Assembly: GCA_039096225.1 (NCBI GenBank)
Contig: JBBPEB010000003.1
Coordinates: forward strand, 1,240,001 to 1,304,000
Direction: 5' to 3'
DNA length: 64,000 nucleotides
Source of the DNA: Blastocystis sp. Blastoise
Taxonomy: Eukaryota > Protista > Bigyra: Opalinata
Positions 1 through 15,800 of the stretch are shown piece by piece. The position numbers and the translations under genes are program-made. Each line of letters opens with the position of its first letter. Position 1 is the first letter of the stretch. The notes below the pieces were generated by a model. It was not told the origin of the DNA. It did no database searches and worked only from the letters and a program-made list of their open reading frames with translations.

Positions 1-344
1 TAAGAATGAAATTCATTGAATAATTATATATATATATATATGAATTAGAATGAAAAAAGAAGAAAAAAAGAAGATAATGAAATATAACAAATGTTATTGA
101 CAAGAAATATAATAATAATAAAAATAAAAAGAGCAAGCAAAATAAAATATATATATATATATATATATATTATATAATATCAAATATAGAATTATATATA
201 TATATAATAGTATTCAAGATAGAAATAAGATGAATAAAATATATAAATATGAATAATAAATAAAACAATAAATTAATAAAAGAAAAGAATTCTAATAGAT
301 AAAAATGAAAACTATATTAATATATATATATATATATTAATAAA

Positions 345-3441
<3,097 letters not shown>

Positions 3442-4080
3442 TTCTATTAATTAACTTATTATTATAAGATCTAATATTTTATATAATAAATAAATCTAAT
3501 TTAAAAAAAAGAAGAAGATAAAATATAATTATTATTATTTATTTAAAAAGAAATAAAAAAAAATAATTAATAAGAATAAAATATTATCTTCTTTAAAATA
3601 ATTTATTCAAACGAATCTTTTCTTCTATATCCCATCCAATCAAAAGAATTCTTTTACTTCATTATTATCTATTCTTATTTCATTATCAATTAACTTCGTT
3701 TCTTCATTTTATTCTCTTTTCTTATTATTATACTATAATAACTATTAATATAAATTTCTATCATTTTATGGATTTCTTCGTTGTTTCTACTTTTTCCTTT
3801 TAGTAGTTCTCTCTTTCTTTCTTTTCAAATTAATAATATTAATTTATATTCATAATTATTTATATTATTTCACTATTTATTTTATAAATAATTTATATTA
3901 TATTATTTAAATTAATCAATCCTCTTTTATTTGTATTTCATTTCAACATTATTATTTCTTCGTTCTTCTTTTATTTATTTATTTATTTATAACAAAACTA
4001 ATTATTTAATATATATATTATTATTTATATATAAAAAATTAAATAAATAAAAATTAAAATAAAAAATAAAAAAATAAAAA

Positions 4081-5085
4081 TCAAGCAATTGGATAAGTTG
4101 CTTGTGTATTTATACCACAAATACCTAAACCACTTGATTGATAAGCTATTCGTATATAACCATTCTCACCCCATTCTTTACCCCAACAATTACGAATTAA
4201 AATATATTCTTTATCATTCTCTTTACCATAACCAACTGCTACAACGGCATGATTTATTGAAGTTCCACATTCTTCAGAATCTAATATACCACTTGTATAA
4301 TGATGAAAAAACTCTGTACCAGCAGCTAAAGATAAAGAAACAGGCTGTTTTGATATAGCAATTCGTAACGATTCACCATCACCTTCAGCAATATTTACAG
4401 AATCACTTATTGTTAATATCTTATCACAACTATCTGATTTACACTCATCTTCACGATTTACATAAGGATAAGATTCTTCACTACATAAACCTATTTTCTT
4501 TATATAATTAAAAGCCCAAGCAACTACACCACCAGAACAACCAAAATTACCATGATCACAATCAACTAATTGTTGTTCAGATACTTTTAATAATTTATTT
4601 GTTTTTTGAGCATAAACACTTTCACAAGAAGAAACAGCGGAAAAAGCCCAACATGAACCACAATATATTTGATCTTGTATTTCATTAACAATTCCTTTAT
4701 CACGCCAATCTATACTTTCTGGAATATCTTCTTTATTTAATAATATTCTTGTATTATTATTATTATTATTATTATGTTTATTATTATTATTATTCTTATG
4801 AACTAAAGAACAACCACATAAACGAGATGAACGAAATTCTTCATTTGATATATCACTAAAACGAGTTAAACCTAAAGTAAAACTATGATTCTTCTTATTC
4901 TCACTATCTATAAAATCAATATTCTTTGAAAATACGGATAAACGATAATTATATTCTTTATCATCATATTTCTTATTATATTCTATCACATAATTCTTAT
5001 AATGTAACGAATAATATAAAGAAGAATGAACTAAACCATATACACAAGGCAATAATAATAGTAAACGTATCAATATCTTATTCAT
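4081..5085 (-). CDS. Papain-family (C1A) cathepsin L-like cysteine protease, intronless
   Basis: Signal peptide, I29 propeptide with ERFNIN-type pattern (EYNYRLSVFSKNIDFI), mature start IPESIDWR, catalytic [19 protein letters not shown] and RNCWG. Confidence 0.95.
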   Translation of the reverse strand: MNKILIRLLLLLPCVYGLVHSSLYYSLHYKNYVIEYNKKYDDKEYNYRLSVFSKNIDFIDSENKKNHSFTLGLTRFSDISNEEFRSSRLCGCSLVHKNNNNNKHNNNNNNNTRILLNKEDIPESIDWRDKGIVNEIQDQIYCGSCWAFSAVSSCESVYAQKTNKLLKVSEQQLVDCDHGNFGCSGGVVAWAFNYIKKIGLCSEESYPYVNREDECKSDSCDKILTISDSVNIAEGDGESLRIAISKQPVSLSLAAGTEFFHHYTSGILDSEECGTSINHAVVAVGYGKENDKEYILIRNCWGKEWGENGYIRIAYQSSGLGICGINTQATYPIA

Positions 5086-5659
5086 TATTTATTATTTTAT
5101 AATGATATTCAATAAATATTTATTCTATTTTTTTCTTTGTAATAATCATAATAAATTCTCTTTTTCTCTCTATTTTTTCTCTTTATTATTTTTATTTTTT
5201 TTTTCTTGAGAAAATTCTACTCTCTTTATAATCGTAGAAAATATTATTTTTTTTTTATTATTTTTTTTTATTTATTCATTGTCATATTTATATATTCTTT
5301 TTTATTTTTATATTCATAAAATCCTATTTATAATTATATATATATATATATATTTTTTTTATAAAAATAAATTTTTATTTTGTTAATTTCTTCTTTTTTT
5401 TAAATGTAAACAACAAATTATATCCTTTTATTATCATTCTTTTATTTATATATCAATTTATTCTACTTTTATATATCTTTTTCTTTTTTCTTCTTTATAT
5501 TAAAAGAAAACAATAATTTTAAAATAATCTAATATACTATTTAAAACATAAATTATAATCAAAATAATAAATATTCATTCATATATCTTATTATTACTAA
5601 TCATTAAAACTATTATTAAAAGAAATATATTTATATTCTTATAATTAAAAAAATAATAG

Positions 5660-5709
<50 letters not shown>

Positions 5710-5841
5710 TTATAAAAAATACAAACTATTTTTCACATATAATTATTTATATTATGAAAAAAAAAAGGATACAAAGTATATACATATAAAGTATATATAT
5801 ATTGCTAAAAAAATAAAAAAAAAATATATATATAAATTCAA

Positions 5842-5946
5842 TTATTTATTAAGTTTCTCTTTTAGAGACACAATTTTTTTCTCTAATTCTTCAATTTCTA
5901 TTTGTATATGTTGACATTTTTCTTCAAATGGCTTGACTTTTGTTAT

Positions 5947-5985
<39 letters not shown>

Positions 5986-7157
5986 TAATATTTATAAAAA
6001 TAAAAAAACAAAAAAATAAATGTATATACATTTTTGGTTAGCTGGTCAACACATTTTTGGTACGCTTTTTTTTGGAGAGATTCAAATGCTATTTCTCTTG
6101 AAATAGTCTTTAAATATAATATAAAGATTATAATTATAATAATAAAGATAATAATAATTATTTAATATATATATATAATAAATAAACTTATATATATATA
6201 TATATATACAGGGTCTTTTCTTAATAATACATCAATTTGTGCATTTACTTTCTCAATAGCTTGTGGAGAAGATAATAATTTATGTGTTTCTGCATCAATC
6301 TTTTCTTTTAACGCTTTATTAACCTATAGAATTATTAGAATATTAATTTAGATTGATTAGTATAGATTATTTGATTCAAGAAATAGTATAGTTAATATAT
6401 ATATATAATAAAATATAAAATAAAAATCAGTTAATACTTATAGACCGTTATCCAATATAAAATGAAAAAAATACGGATTCTAATTCTGATTGGGCCTTTT
6501 GAAGATGACGTTTCTTTGTTTCCATTAATATATTTATAGATCTATATATAATTATGCATTTATTTTAATATATAAAAATAAATTAAAAATAAAAATAAAT
6601 AATTATATATACTCTATTTCTGTTTCTAATTCTTTATTTACTTGTTTGTCACTGTCTTCATCTATTTCAGGAATCGTCGGTTCCCCGCGGGAACGCTCTT
6701 CTTCTTCAATCGTAATATCTTCTACTATTTCATCTAGGTCTTCCTGACTGATGTCCCCAATAGAAGGTAATAATAAAGAATGAGAACTTGTTTGAGATAC
6801 TACACTTGTTGCATCTGTTAATAACGAAGAAGTATTGGATTCTATTGGATTATTATAATTCTCATTGGCTAATTGTACACTACGTCGACCTGCGTCATCA
6901 CAAACATTGGTAACGTTAAGATTTAAACTACTTAATGAGATATTATATAATGAACTCATATTTAACATATTACTCTGTAAATCATTGATATTTATATTTG
7001 AATCGTTACTAACGTTACTTTTAACACTGGTATTTAATAGAGTATCTGGAGTTATATTTATATTTGAATCCTCTTGAATATTATCTTCTTGAATAGGCGA
7101 ATATACATCTATGTACTGATTTTTCTCTTCTGGAGAAATAGCAATTGCTTCAGGAAG

Positions 7158-7224
<67 letters not shown>

Positions 7225-7960
7225 GTAGGTATATGAATAGACATAGGAGTAGGAATAGGAAGAGGAGTAGAATTCATATTAATATTTGAATTTGAAATAG
7301 AGTTCGGTATATGAATAGAAATAGGAGTAGAAATAGGAAGAGGTGTAGAAGTAGAACTAGGTGTTTTTGGAGGTAAAGGAATGGCTATAGAGATTGAAGG
7401 AATAGATGGTTGTAGATCGTATAGTAATCGTTGTTGTTCTTTATATTGTTTATCTTTATCCTGTTCTTCTGGAAGAAGAGACACTTGTGGCTGTATATAT
7501 AATGAATTTATTGTAATAGATGAAGAACGAATATTGTAATCATTTTCTAAGATGTCTAAAACATTATTAAAATCACGATTAATACTATAATAAAAAGTCT
7601 CAAATTCTTTTCGAAATTGGAGTAATGACTCAATAATAGGAGTAAGATATTGAATAGTAGCAACAGAGACACAATTTAAAAGAATATCAAAAATTGTTTT
7701 ATTATCATTTGAAATAAGAAATAGATCGGGATGAAATTGTAATATATAGAAATAACAGTCAACAGCGCTACTCTTAATTGACATCATTATAGGTGTATAC
7801 CCCATTCTTGTTCTTATATTTATATCTATAGGATTCTTTAATAATAATTTTAATATAGATAAATTATCTTCTAATATAGCCAAATGAATAGGGCAATACC
7901 CTATTTTATCCCACAAACGGGTATATAATGGAGAATTCTGCTGATTCACTAAAATATCAA

Positions 7961-8028
<68 letters not shown>

Positions 8029-10244
8029 AATATATTTGTATAAGAAATAGTTCTCAAGATATAGAAATATAGACAGGTGAATAAATATTATGGAATATAA
8101 AATAAATTAATTAATAGTAATTAAAAATTATTAGAAAAAAAAAAGATAAAAATAGCTATAATAATGATAAATAAAATATATATACAATTTCTGTATTATT
8201 ATTTTTGACAGCAACATGAAAAACAGAATTAAATTCTTTATCTGTATCACATCGAATTAAATTATAGATTTCAAATTGTTTGACAACATCAATATTATTT
8301 CTATATATAGCCCTAAGTAAAGGCGTACAGCCCGTATTATCTTTAATATATATAAGTGAAGGACAGTAAGATAATAAAGTAGATATAATAGGTATAGAAG
8401 GAGAAGGAGTATTAATTGCCATATGTAATACTGTTTCATTAGTAATTTCTTGATTATTATAATTCGATTGTTGAGTTACTTTTGGATTATGTTTAATAAA
8501 TTCATTTAATGTTTCAAATACAAGTTGAGGTGTTTTCTCATTTATTTTATTTGTTGAAAACATACCATTATTATATAACATTAAATAATGAAATACAGTA
8601 AGTCCTTCATTATTTTGAATAGATAAATCACCTTCTTGCTTAGCCATTAATATTGCATCTTCTAAATATCCTTCTTTAATAATACTATGTAAAGAACTAT
8701 TTCCTTCATTTTTATCAACAATACTTATTAATTTCTCACAATGAGGTATAAGTATAATATCATGTACAAAATCGAAATAACCGCGGTTAATTGCGAGTTG
8801 TAAACATGAATATCCTTCTGTATCTAAATCATAAAATTGATTAATTGATGTATATGCTATTTCTTTTCCTAATATAAATAATCCTTTCTTAATAATTTGA
8901 TGTATTGATTTATCTTTTTCACAATTCTCTATATTCCAAGAAACTGTAGATAAATTCATAACTAAAGGTTCACGCCTATAGATTAATAAACATAAAGATT
9001 CATCTTCTGCTTTTATACTTAATGTAAATATTGAATCATTATCATTAGATTCTTGTAATAAATTAATAGAAGTATTTAATTCAAATAAATAACGAGATAA
9101 TGTATATAAGGATGTCTTAATAGAGAGATGAAGAGGAGTATTATTATATATATCTAAGAATTGAAGACAGGATATACTTTGCAATAATATTCGATAACAT
9201 AAATCAATAGCTCCTAATTGAATAGATAATTGCAAAGGAGATTGATTATTATTATTTAAACATAAAGTAGCAAAAGGAAGCAATAATTTAGCTACATTAA
9301 TCTTAATATTCTTATCTTTTATAAATGAACTTATTAAACACATATGAAGAGGTGTGTTTCCATCATAACTTTGACTATTAATAACAGGACCCAAACGAAT
9401 ATAATCCTGTTTATGATCAAATATATATTGAATATCGCTTTCACAACCATAATAACATAGATAATGAAGAATAGTATATTTACCATCATCATCAGATAAG
9501 GTTTCTAATGGAATATTCCATTCTTTATAAAAACTAAATAATAATGAAGGATTAATCAAGTTTTCTTCTACTATATATTGCCAACGTAATAAGAAAGAAG
9601 GTAATAAATTCTTTTCAGTTATTAAATATTTTAATATAGTATATTGTTTTTGAGATAATAAGGAATAAAGAATTGTATTGGGTAATGATTCTGACGCAGC
9701 AACCGTCAATTGTGCACCTGTATCTAATAAACTATATATATATATATATACATAGATTATATATATATATATATACTGTTTAAATAATTCTTCATTTATA
9801 CAATTATAATTACATAAATAAAGAGCTACAATTGTTGAAAAGGTTGATTTTAAAAACCTATAATATAATAAGTAGAAGAAAAGATATATTAATAATAAAT
9901 GACTTTAATAATTATATATATATATATACTCAGAATCTTCTTCATCAGCACATTGAAACACAATTTGTTCTCCATCCGATTCTTGTATACATAATAAATA
10001 AGAATCACCGTTTCTATTGTCCTATATATATGTGTGTTATATATATATCATATGTTGTATATATATATTAAATGTTATATATATATATATTATATGTTAT
10101 ATATATTAAATGCTAGCTATGTTATATATATATATGTACAAAATCACTTATAGAGGCTACATCTTTATAATAATAATATTTACTATTATTATCAGCCTCA
10201 ATCTTATTTGATATCACAAAACAATCCTATATATATATAGTTAT

Positions 10245-10278
<34 letters not shown>

Positions 10279-11139
10279 TATATATATATACAGGTTGAAA
10301 TTCAACATATTTTAAATGTGATTTTGTAAATTCTGAGCGAGCTATCTGTATACAAATAATAATAGAAATGATAATATATATATATATATATATACCATTT
10401 TACACAATTGATATGTATTATATTCAAAGAATTGTGTTTTGGGGATTGACGTGGTTCTAGGACCATGAGCAGTATTTATAGCTATATATAATAATAATAA
10501 TAATAATACACATAATAATAATAATACACATAATAATAATAATAAACCATAATAAACAAAAAATATATGTACTAGTGATTTCTTCTTTATTAAAACAACT
10601 TTTAACACTAATATCAATATCAGGATGAGGCAATCTATATAATAAAATATTTATAAAATGAACTTAAGTTGAAATATAAAAAAAGAACTACAAAAAAAAA
10701 AAAAAAAAAAAAAACAAATAATTTGAATAATAAAAGATAAAAAAACAATTATACAGAAAATAAAAACAATTAGCATATAAAATGAAAATAAAAACTCAAT
10801 TAATAAAAATAAATACTTTTGATAAATACTAAAAAAAGAATCAAAACTGGTAAATGCATCTGGTTTTTCATCAAACAATTTCAATTCCTCAGGTGTTGGT
10901 TCGAAACCATTTCTTAAATACTACAACATACAAAAAATAAATATCTCTTATAAAAATTATATACAATCAAAAGATATCTTAAACTTTCAGGAGTCAAATA
11001 ATCTGACTTGTATTTCTGAAGTGTAAAATCATATTCGTGTTTTGCTATTTTCCGAAAATATGGAAATTCTGCCAAAGGACATGGATCTATACTACTAAAA
11101 AAGAGTTAACAAAAAATATTTGGTACATTTGCAATTCAT
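5842..11139 (-). CDS. Large multi-exon ankyrin-repeat protein with possible N-terminal PH-like region and C-terminal coiled coil
   Basis: Many ankyrin motifs (GNTPLHMC, NNTPLHLS, GNSSLHSI, GCTPLLRA, GYCPIHLA, GYTPIMMS) in exons 8156-9709 and 6603-7949. Spliced C-terminus ...EELEKKIVSLKEKLNK-TAA ends at 5842. The start near 11139 is tentative. Confidence 0.75.
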
Positions 11140-11278
11140 CTTATATAATGCGGGGGTATAAAACTGTTTTAAAGTCTTATATTAACGAACAGATAACTTA
11201 CGTAATAACAATTATGTGATCAAATGTTTTTTCCCTTCATTTTTTAAAAAGAATACTGATTATTTGTGTTTAGCAGAG

Positions 11279-11420
11279 GGGATAATTTATGCTCAGCATA
11301 GTATGACGAAAAAATTCATGCTCAGCATAGTATGGCCAATAGGCTACCCGCCTATTGGCCTGGTCTACTATGCATACTCTAAAGAAAACACCTTCTACTA
11401 TGCTGAGTGTGAATTACGCC
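11279..11420. mobile_element. 142-bp MITE-like non-autonomous DNA transposon (Mutator-like by TSD length)
   Basis: Flanked by direct repeat TTTAGCAGAG (11269-11278 and 11421-11430). Imperfect 25-bp TIRs match at 20/25 (GGGATAATTTATGCTCAGCATAGTA vs revcomp GGCGTAATTCACACTCAGCATAGTA). Central perfect hairpin GGCCAATAGGC-taccc-GCCTATTGGCC. Confidence 0.8.
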
Positions 11421-11920
11421 TTTAGCAGAGATTCCATTGTTCATAATCTTTTTTATTTTGAAGACGTCGTTTATTGTAGTTCATAATGATTGATGTCGAA
11501 AGATACGATATCATCATAACGGAAGACTAGATGAACATATATATGAATTGATTCATGCCATACTAACAACTCTCATTATGTATGTATATAATTATCTAAT
11601 AATTCAAACATTAAAATTATCTAGACCTAACTAAAAATGCTATATACATGTGGATATATATAAGATATTTGTATATAATGCGTATATTTTGAATTATATC
11701 TTCATTTCTATTTCTCTCTTCAGTCTCTGTAATTAGCCTTTAGATGGATTCGTACATATAGCTAGACTTTGCCGTGTACCCTCTTGATGTGAATATGAGA
11801 TAATTCGTGTTGATAATCTTGATGCTGTATAATCTGTGAGCGCTCTATCTTCACCTGTGACTTCGGTGAGTTCTATTTGAATTGAAATACATAATAAAAG
11901 TATCCACTTGAGTGAATATC

Positions 11921-11957
11921 AAAAAAAAAAAAAAAATAGAAAAAGATAAAAAGAAAT
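11921..11957 (-). terminator. Original Pol III oligo-T terminator/trailer of the interrupted tRNA-Lys gene
   Basis: Minus strand directly after the tRNA 3' remnant reads ATTTCTTTTTATCTTTTTCTAT followed by a long T run. Confidence 0.7.
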
Positions 11958-11981
11958 CGCCTGATAGGGGGATCGAACCCC
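11958..11981 (-). repeat. Downstream copy of the 24-bp target duplication (3' end of tRNA-Lys: T-arm/B box, acceptor 3' strand, discriminator)
   Basis: cgcctgatagggggatcgaacccc on the + strand is identical to 20549-20572. Confidence 0.95.
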
Positions 11982-12812
11982 AAGTGTTAGCCAATTAAAG
12001 TAACCATTTGTACCAGAGAGAACGGTACACAAACAGAAAAAGAACATAAAAAAATTAAAATAAATTTAAAATATCATTTAATAACTTTTGTTCATTTTGT
12101 TTTGTTTAAGTATGTTTTACCACGGGGATATCACAACACATGTATTTCATATGCACCTTAAAATAACCAATAGGACTCTCTGAATGGGATTTGTGTACTG
12201 ATACCAGATCTAGTAACACAATTTTTACACCTCCCAAGCATTTCTGGGATATAGCTGATGTATAGGTACAATATACCTTTCATATCACGACTATATATAT
12301 GTAATTAATATAATTTAATTGATTTAATTAATATTAAAGGTTAATAAGTAGTAGAATAATTTTTTAAGTAATATTTTTAAGATAAGAGTTTAATAAATAG
12401 TAAGTAAGAGAAAAAGAGAAAATTCAATCTATAAATATATAGATATTCAATCAGAGCTGATTATAAATTCAATCAGTATAAATAAGTTTTCATTAAATAG
12501 AATTAGAATAAGATATAAAGAAAAGATTTCAATAAAAAGATATATATAAAAAGTAGTAAATTATAAAATCAAGTAAAAGTAATATATCCAATATAATATA
12601 TAGAGGATAGGGAGTAGATATATATAGTAAGTATAATATAAAGTAGAATTATTAATATAATATCCATTGTAATATGTAGAGGATAAGTAGTAGATAAATT
12701 TCATCAATATAGTATAAGTAGAAGTAGTATATTCAATATAGTATATGGAGGATGAATAGAAGTATTATAGAGGATAATTAGTAGTATATATTATTCCATA
12801 TAGTAATATATA

Positions 12813-15800
12813 TTATTCAATATTTCGTTGAGTTAGTTCAATATGAGCAGCAGAAGAATGTAGTCTAGAAATATTTTTTGTAATTAGTCTAGAATCAGAA
12901 AGAGATAGTCTCCAATACTTATAGGCCCATTCTAAGACTATATCATTAATTTTTGATATTAAAAAGTATAAGTATCTTCCTTTGAGTTTTGAGACTTGAG
13001 ATATATTATGAATAGTAGATTCAGGAATTGTCCCAGAGGCACCAAGTATAACAGTATAGTAGGAGATTTGTTTATTAGGGAAATCATGTTGTAATTTTTG
13101 TATAGCTTCATCATATGAATGATCTTTAGTATGTTTCATTTCTAAGATAGTATCACGAGTTCCATCTACTTGTTCATAAGTAACACCAATTTCTACCATT
13201 CTTATTTCTTTCTCACTTGTAATTATAATATCTGGACGACGATTAGCCCATTCCTCTTTATTCTTACCATCATATAGAATAGTATTCATTGATTTTTCTT
13301 GATTGACTTTATAAATAGTATAAGGAAGAGCTTTTGCCAAAGATCTAGTTAAACATTCTCGTATTTCATTATGTCTTTTGCTAATCAGATCGTGTCCATT
13401 TTCATTTCTAGAGATTCTAGCACAAGTAGTCATGATGTGTGTTTGACTATGTATTCTTGATTCATTTTTAGTTTTCAAACAATAAGGACATAAAGCGACA
13501 GTATCATGTAGAGTAGGTTTCTTTCCTTTCGGATCTTGTCTTCTATAAGCCATCTCACCAGTATATAGGGTTCTCATTCGAAGATTCAATAAGGCACAGT
13601 ATTTTGAAGGATTAATATGTTTTGTTTTGTATATCCATTTGTTACACGATATATTATTATTCAAATATTTAGTATATTGCAAATAGGAGTATTCTTTCAG
13701 CATAGAAGCATGTCTTATTTTCAAAGATTCATTTAATAATTTACACATCTTACGTTTCACATCTTTCGCTTCTATAAATTTCGATATACTATTATCAGTA
13801 CTTCTTATTCTTATTCCAGCTCCATTTTTCGGATTATTTTCATAGTAACATATGTCCATGTTTAAAGCAACTATAGCATCAATTGCTTTTCTTATATAAG
13901 GGAAGGGATGGTTCAGTGTAGTAAAGTCTATATCTAGAGGAATAATAGTATTATTTTCTTTCTTTGCTTTTAAGGGTTTGTTAATATTGTTGATAGATAG
14001 ATTAAAGAATACCAAATCTTTCTTTCTAGTTTCAGGGATTTCAGTAGGAATATGGCCTCTCATATAGTTTATTGGATCATTAATCACATATAGAGAATTT
14101 TGTAGAGTAGTATATCTAAGAGCATAATATAAAGTATTTCTAATATTTATATCATTTGAATTAGCCATTCTTACCAGTAGAGAAGCTTTACCAATATAGT
14201 ACCTATCTAACAACGAAGTAACACCAAGTCCACCATCTCGTATTGAAGTGCTATAAAAGTCTTTAGGCCAGACAGAAGAACATCCATTCCAATTCTTAAC
14301 ATTATTTCTTATTAGTACATCCAGTTCTTTTATTTTAAGTATATTAGTATCACCATTTCTAGCCAAGAATTCAATACAAGGAATAATATATTGACGAAGA
14401 GTTATTAATTTTTGATGAGGACTAATAGGAATAGTATTTAAAGAATTTATTTTTTCTTTGATTTCATCTAACGTATTCACCCAGAATTCTCTTCGTTTAG
14501 TAATGGATTCACCCATAGGACATCCTAAATATCTTTGGATTTCAGTATCTTTAAGTAGAGTAATCACTTCATTATTATAAGTAGGAGGAGGAGGAGTATA
14601 CGTAAGTTTTCTATTTCCATCATTGGAATATTTCATCGCTAAACACTTACATTTATTAACCGATAGTTTCATATGATATATATTAAGTATTTCTTTTACC
14701 TTTCCTAAAAGAACTTCCGTATCTTCTTTATTGTTAGCTAGCAGGACGATATCATCTGCATAAGCATAAGCATTACTTTCTGATATAACAATAGGATTAT
14801 TAGGAGTAGTGTTATCTTTAATATTCATCATCATGGCTTGATTATTGTTCAGGTAATTCAATAAAGGATTAAGTATAATATTGAATAGAAGAGGAGATAG
14901 GGGATCACCTTGTCTTATTCCACGCTTTAAGTATATAGGATCTGTATATGAATTTTTGGTTAATCTTATAACAGTATTAGCAGAAGAGTATAAGGATAGA
15001 ATAATATTTCTGAAGTCTATAGGGAAGTTCATATATTGAAGAATTTGATGCATTAATCTTTGAGGTACCGTATCATAGGCCTTCTCCAAGTCGAGGAAAG
15101 TAAAATAGGCAGCAGTTTTAGCTCTTCTAGATAGTTTAAAGTTAGCTATGTAGTTTTGTAGTATGAAATTAAGTTCTTCACAACCAGGTATTCCAGATAT
15201 AAATCCTTTTTGATATTTTGACATAAAGTTTTGTTTATTGTTTAGTTCATTCATGTAGGTAACCATTATAGAAGAAAGTATTTTTGATTCAGTATTTTGT
15301 AAAGCCAAAGGTCTCCAGTTTCCTAAGCTACTAGGATCCGATTTATTTTTGTCTAGTAGGCAAGTGATAGAGGAACTCCAAGATTTTAGAGTAATACCAT
15401 TCGAACGACATATTTCTAATATATAAGCCAATAGAGAACAAGCAGAAGAGGAGTATTTGTAAACTTCATAAGGGAGACCATTAGGACCAGGAGTACTGTT
15501 ATTTGGTAAAAATTTTAATGCATGTCTAATTCTTTCATAGGTTATCTTATTAAGGGCAGGAGGATTTAGTAATTGTTTAGTATTTGATTTTATAATATCT
15601 GGAAGTAATATATTATCTGAAGTTTCTTGTGAATCATATAGTTTCGTAAATTGTTCTTGTAAATCCTTAGAAGGTATTTCACAATATCTAGGAGTAGTTT
15701 TAGAGAATACTTTACTTCTTAAGAAAGCTTTAGTATTCTTATCAAATTCGGATTGTATTTTCTTAGCATCATTAATAGAAGTAATTCTTATTTTAGCTTC

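Noticed and set aside
11216-11425. 69-aa ORF with a repeated AQHS motif
   Set aside because: It is a by-product of the MITE's internal repeats.
11958-11981. The two 24-bp repeats as LTRs or a prophage-type attL/attR pair
   Set aside because: They are too short for LTRs, and no integrase, tyrosine recombinase, protease or RNase H motifs are visible. The protein is a non-LTR RT with a C-terminal RLE.
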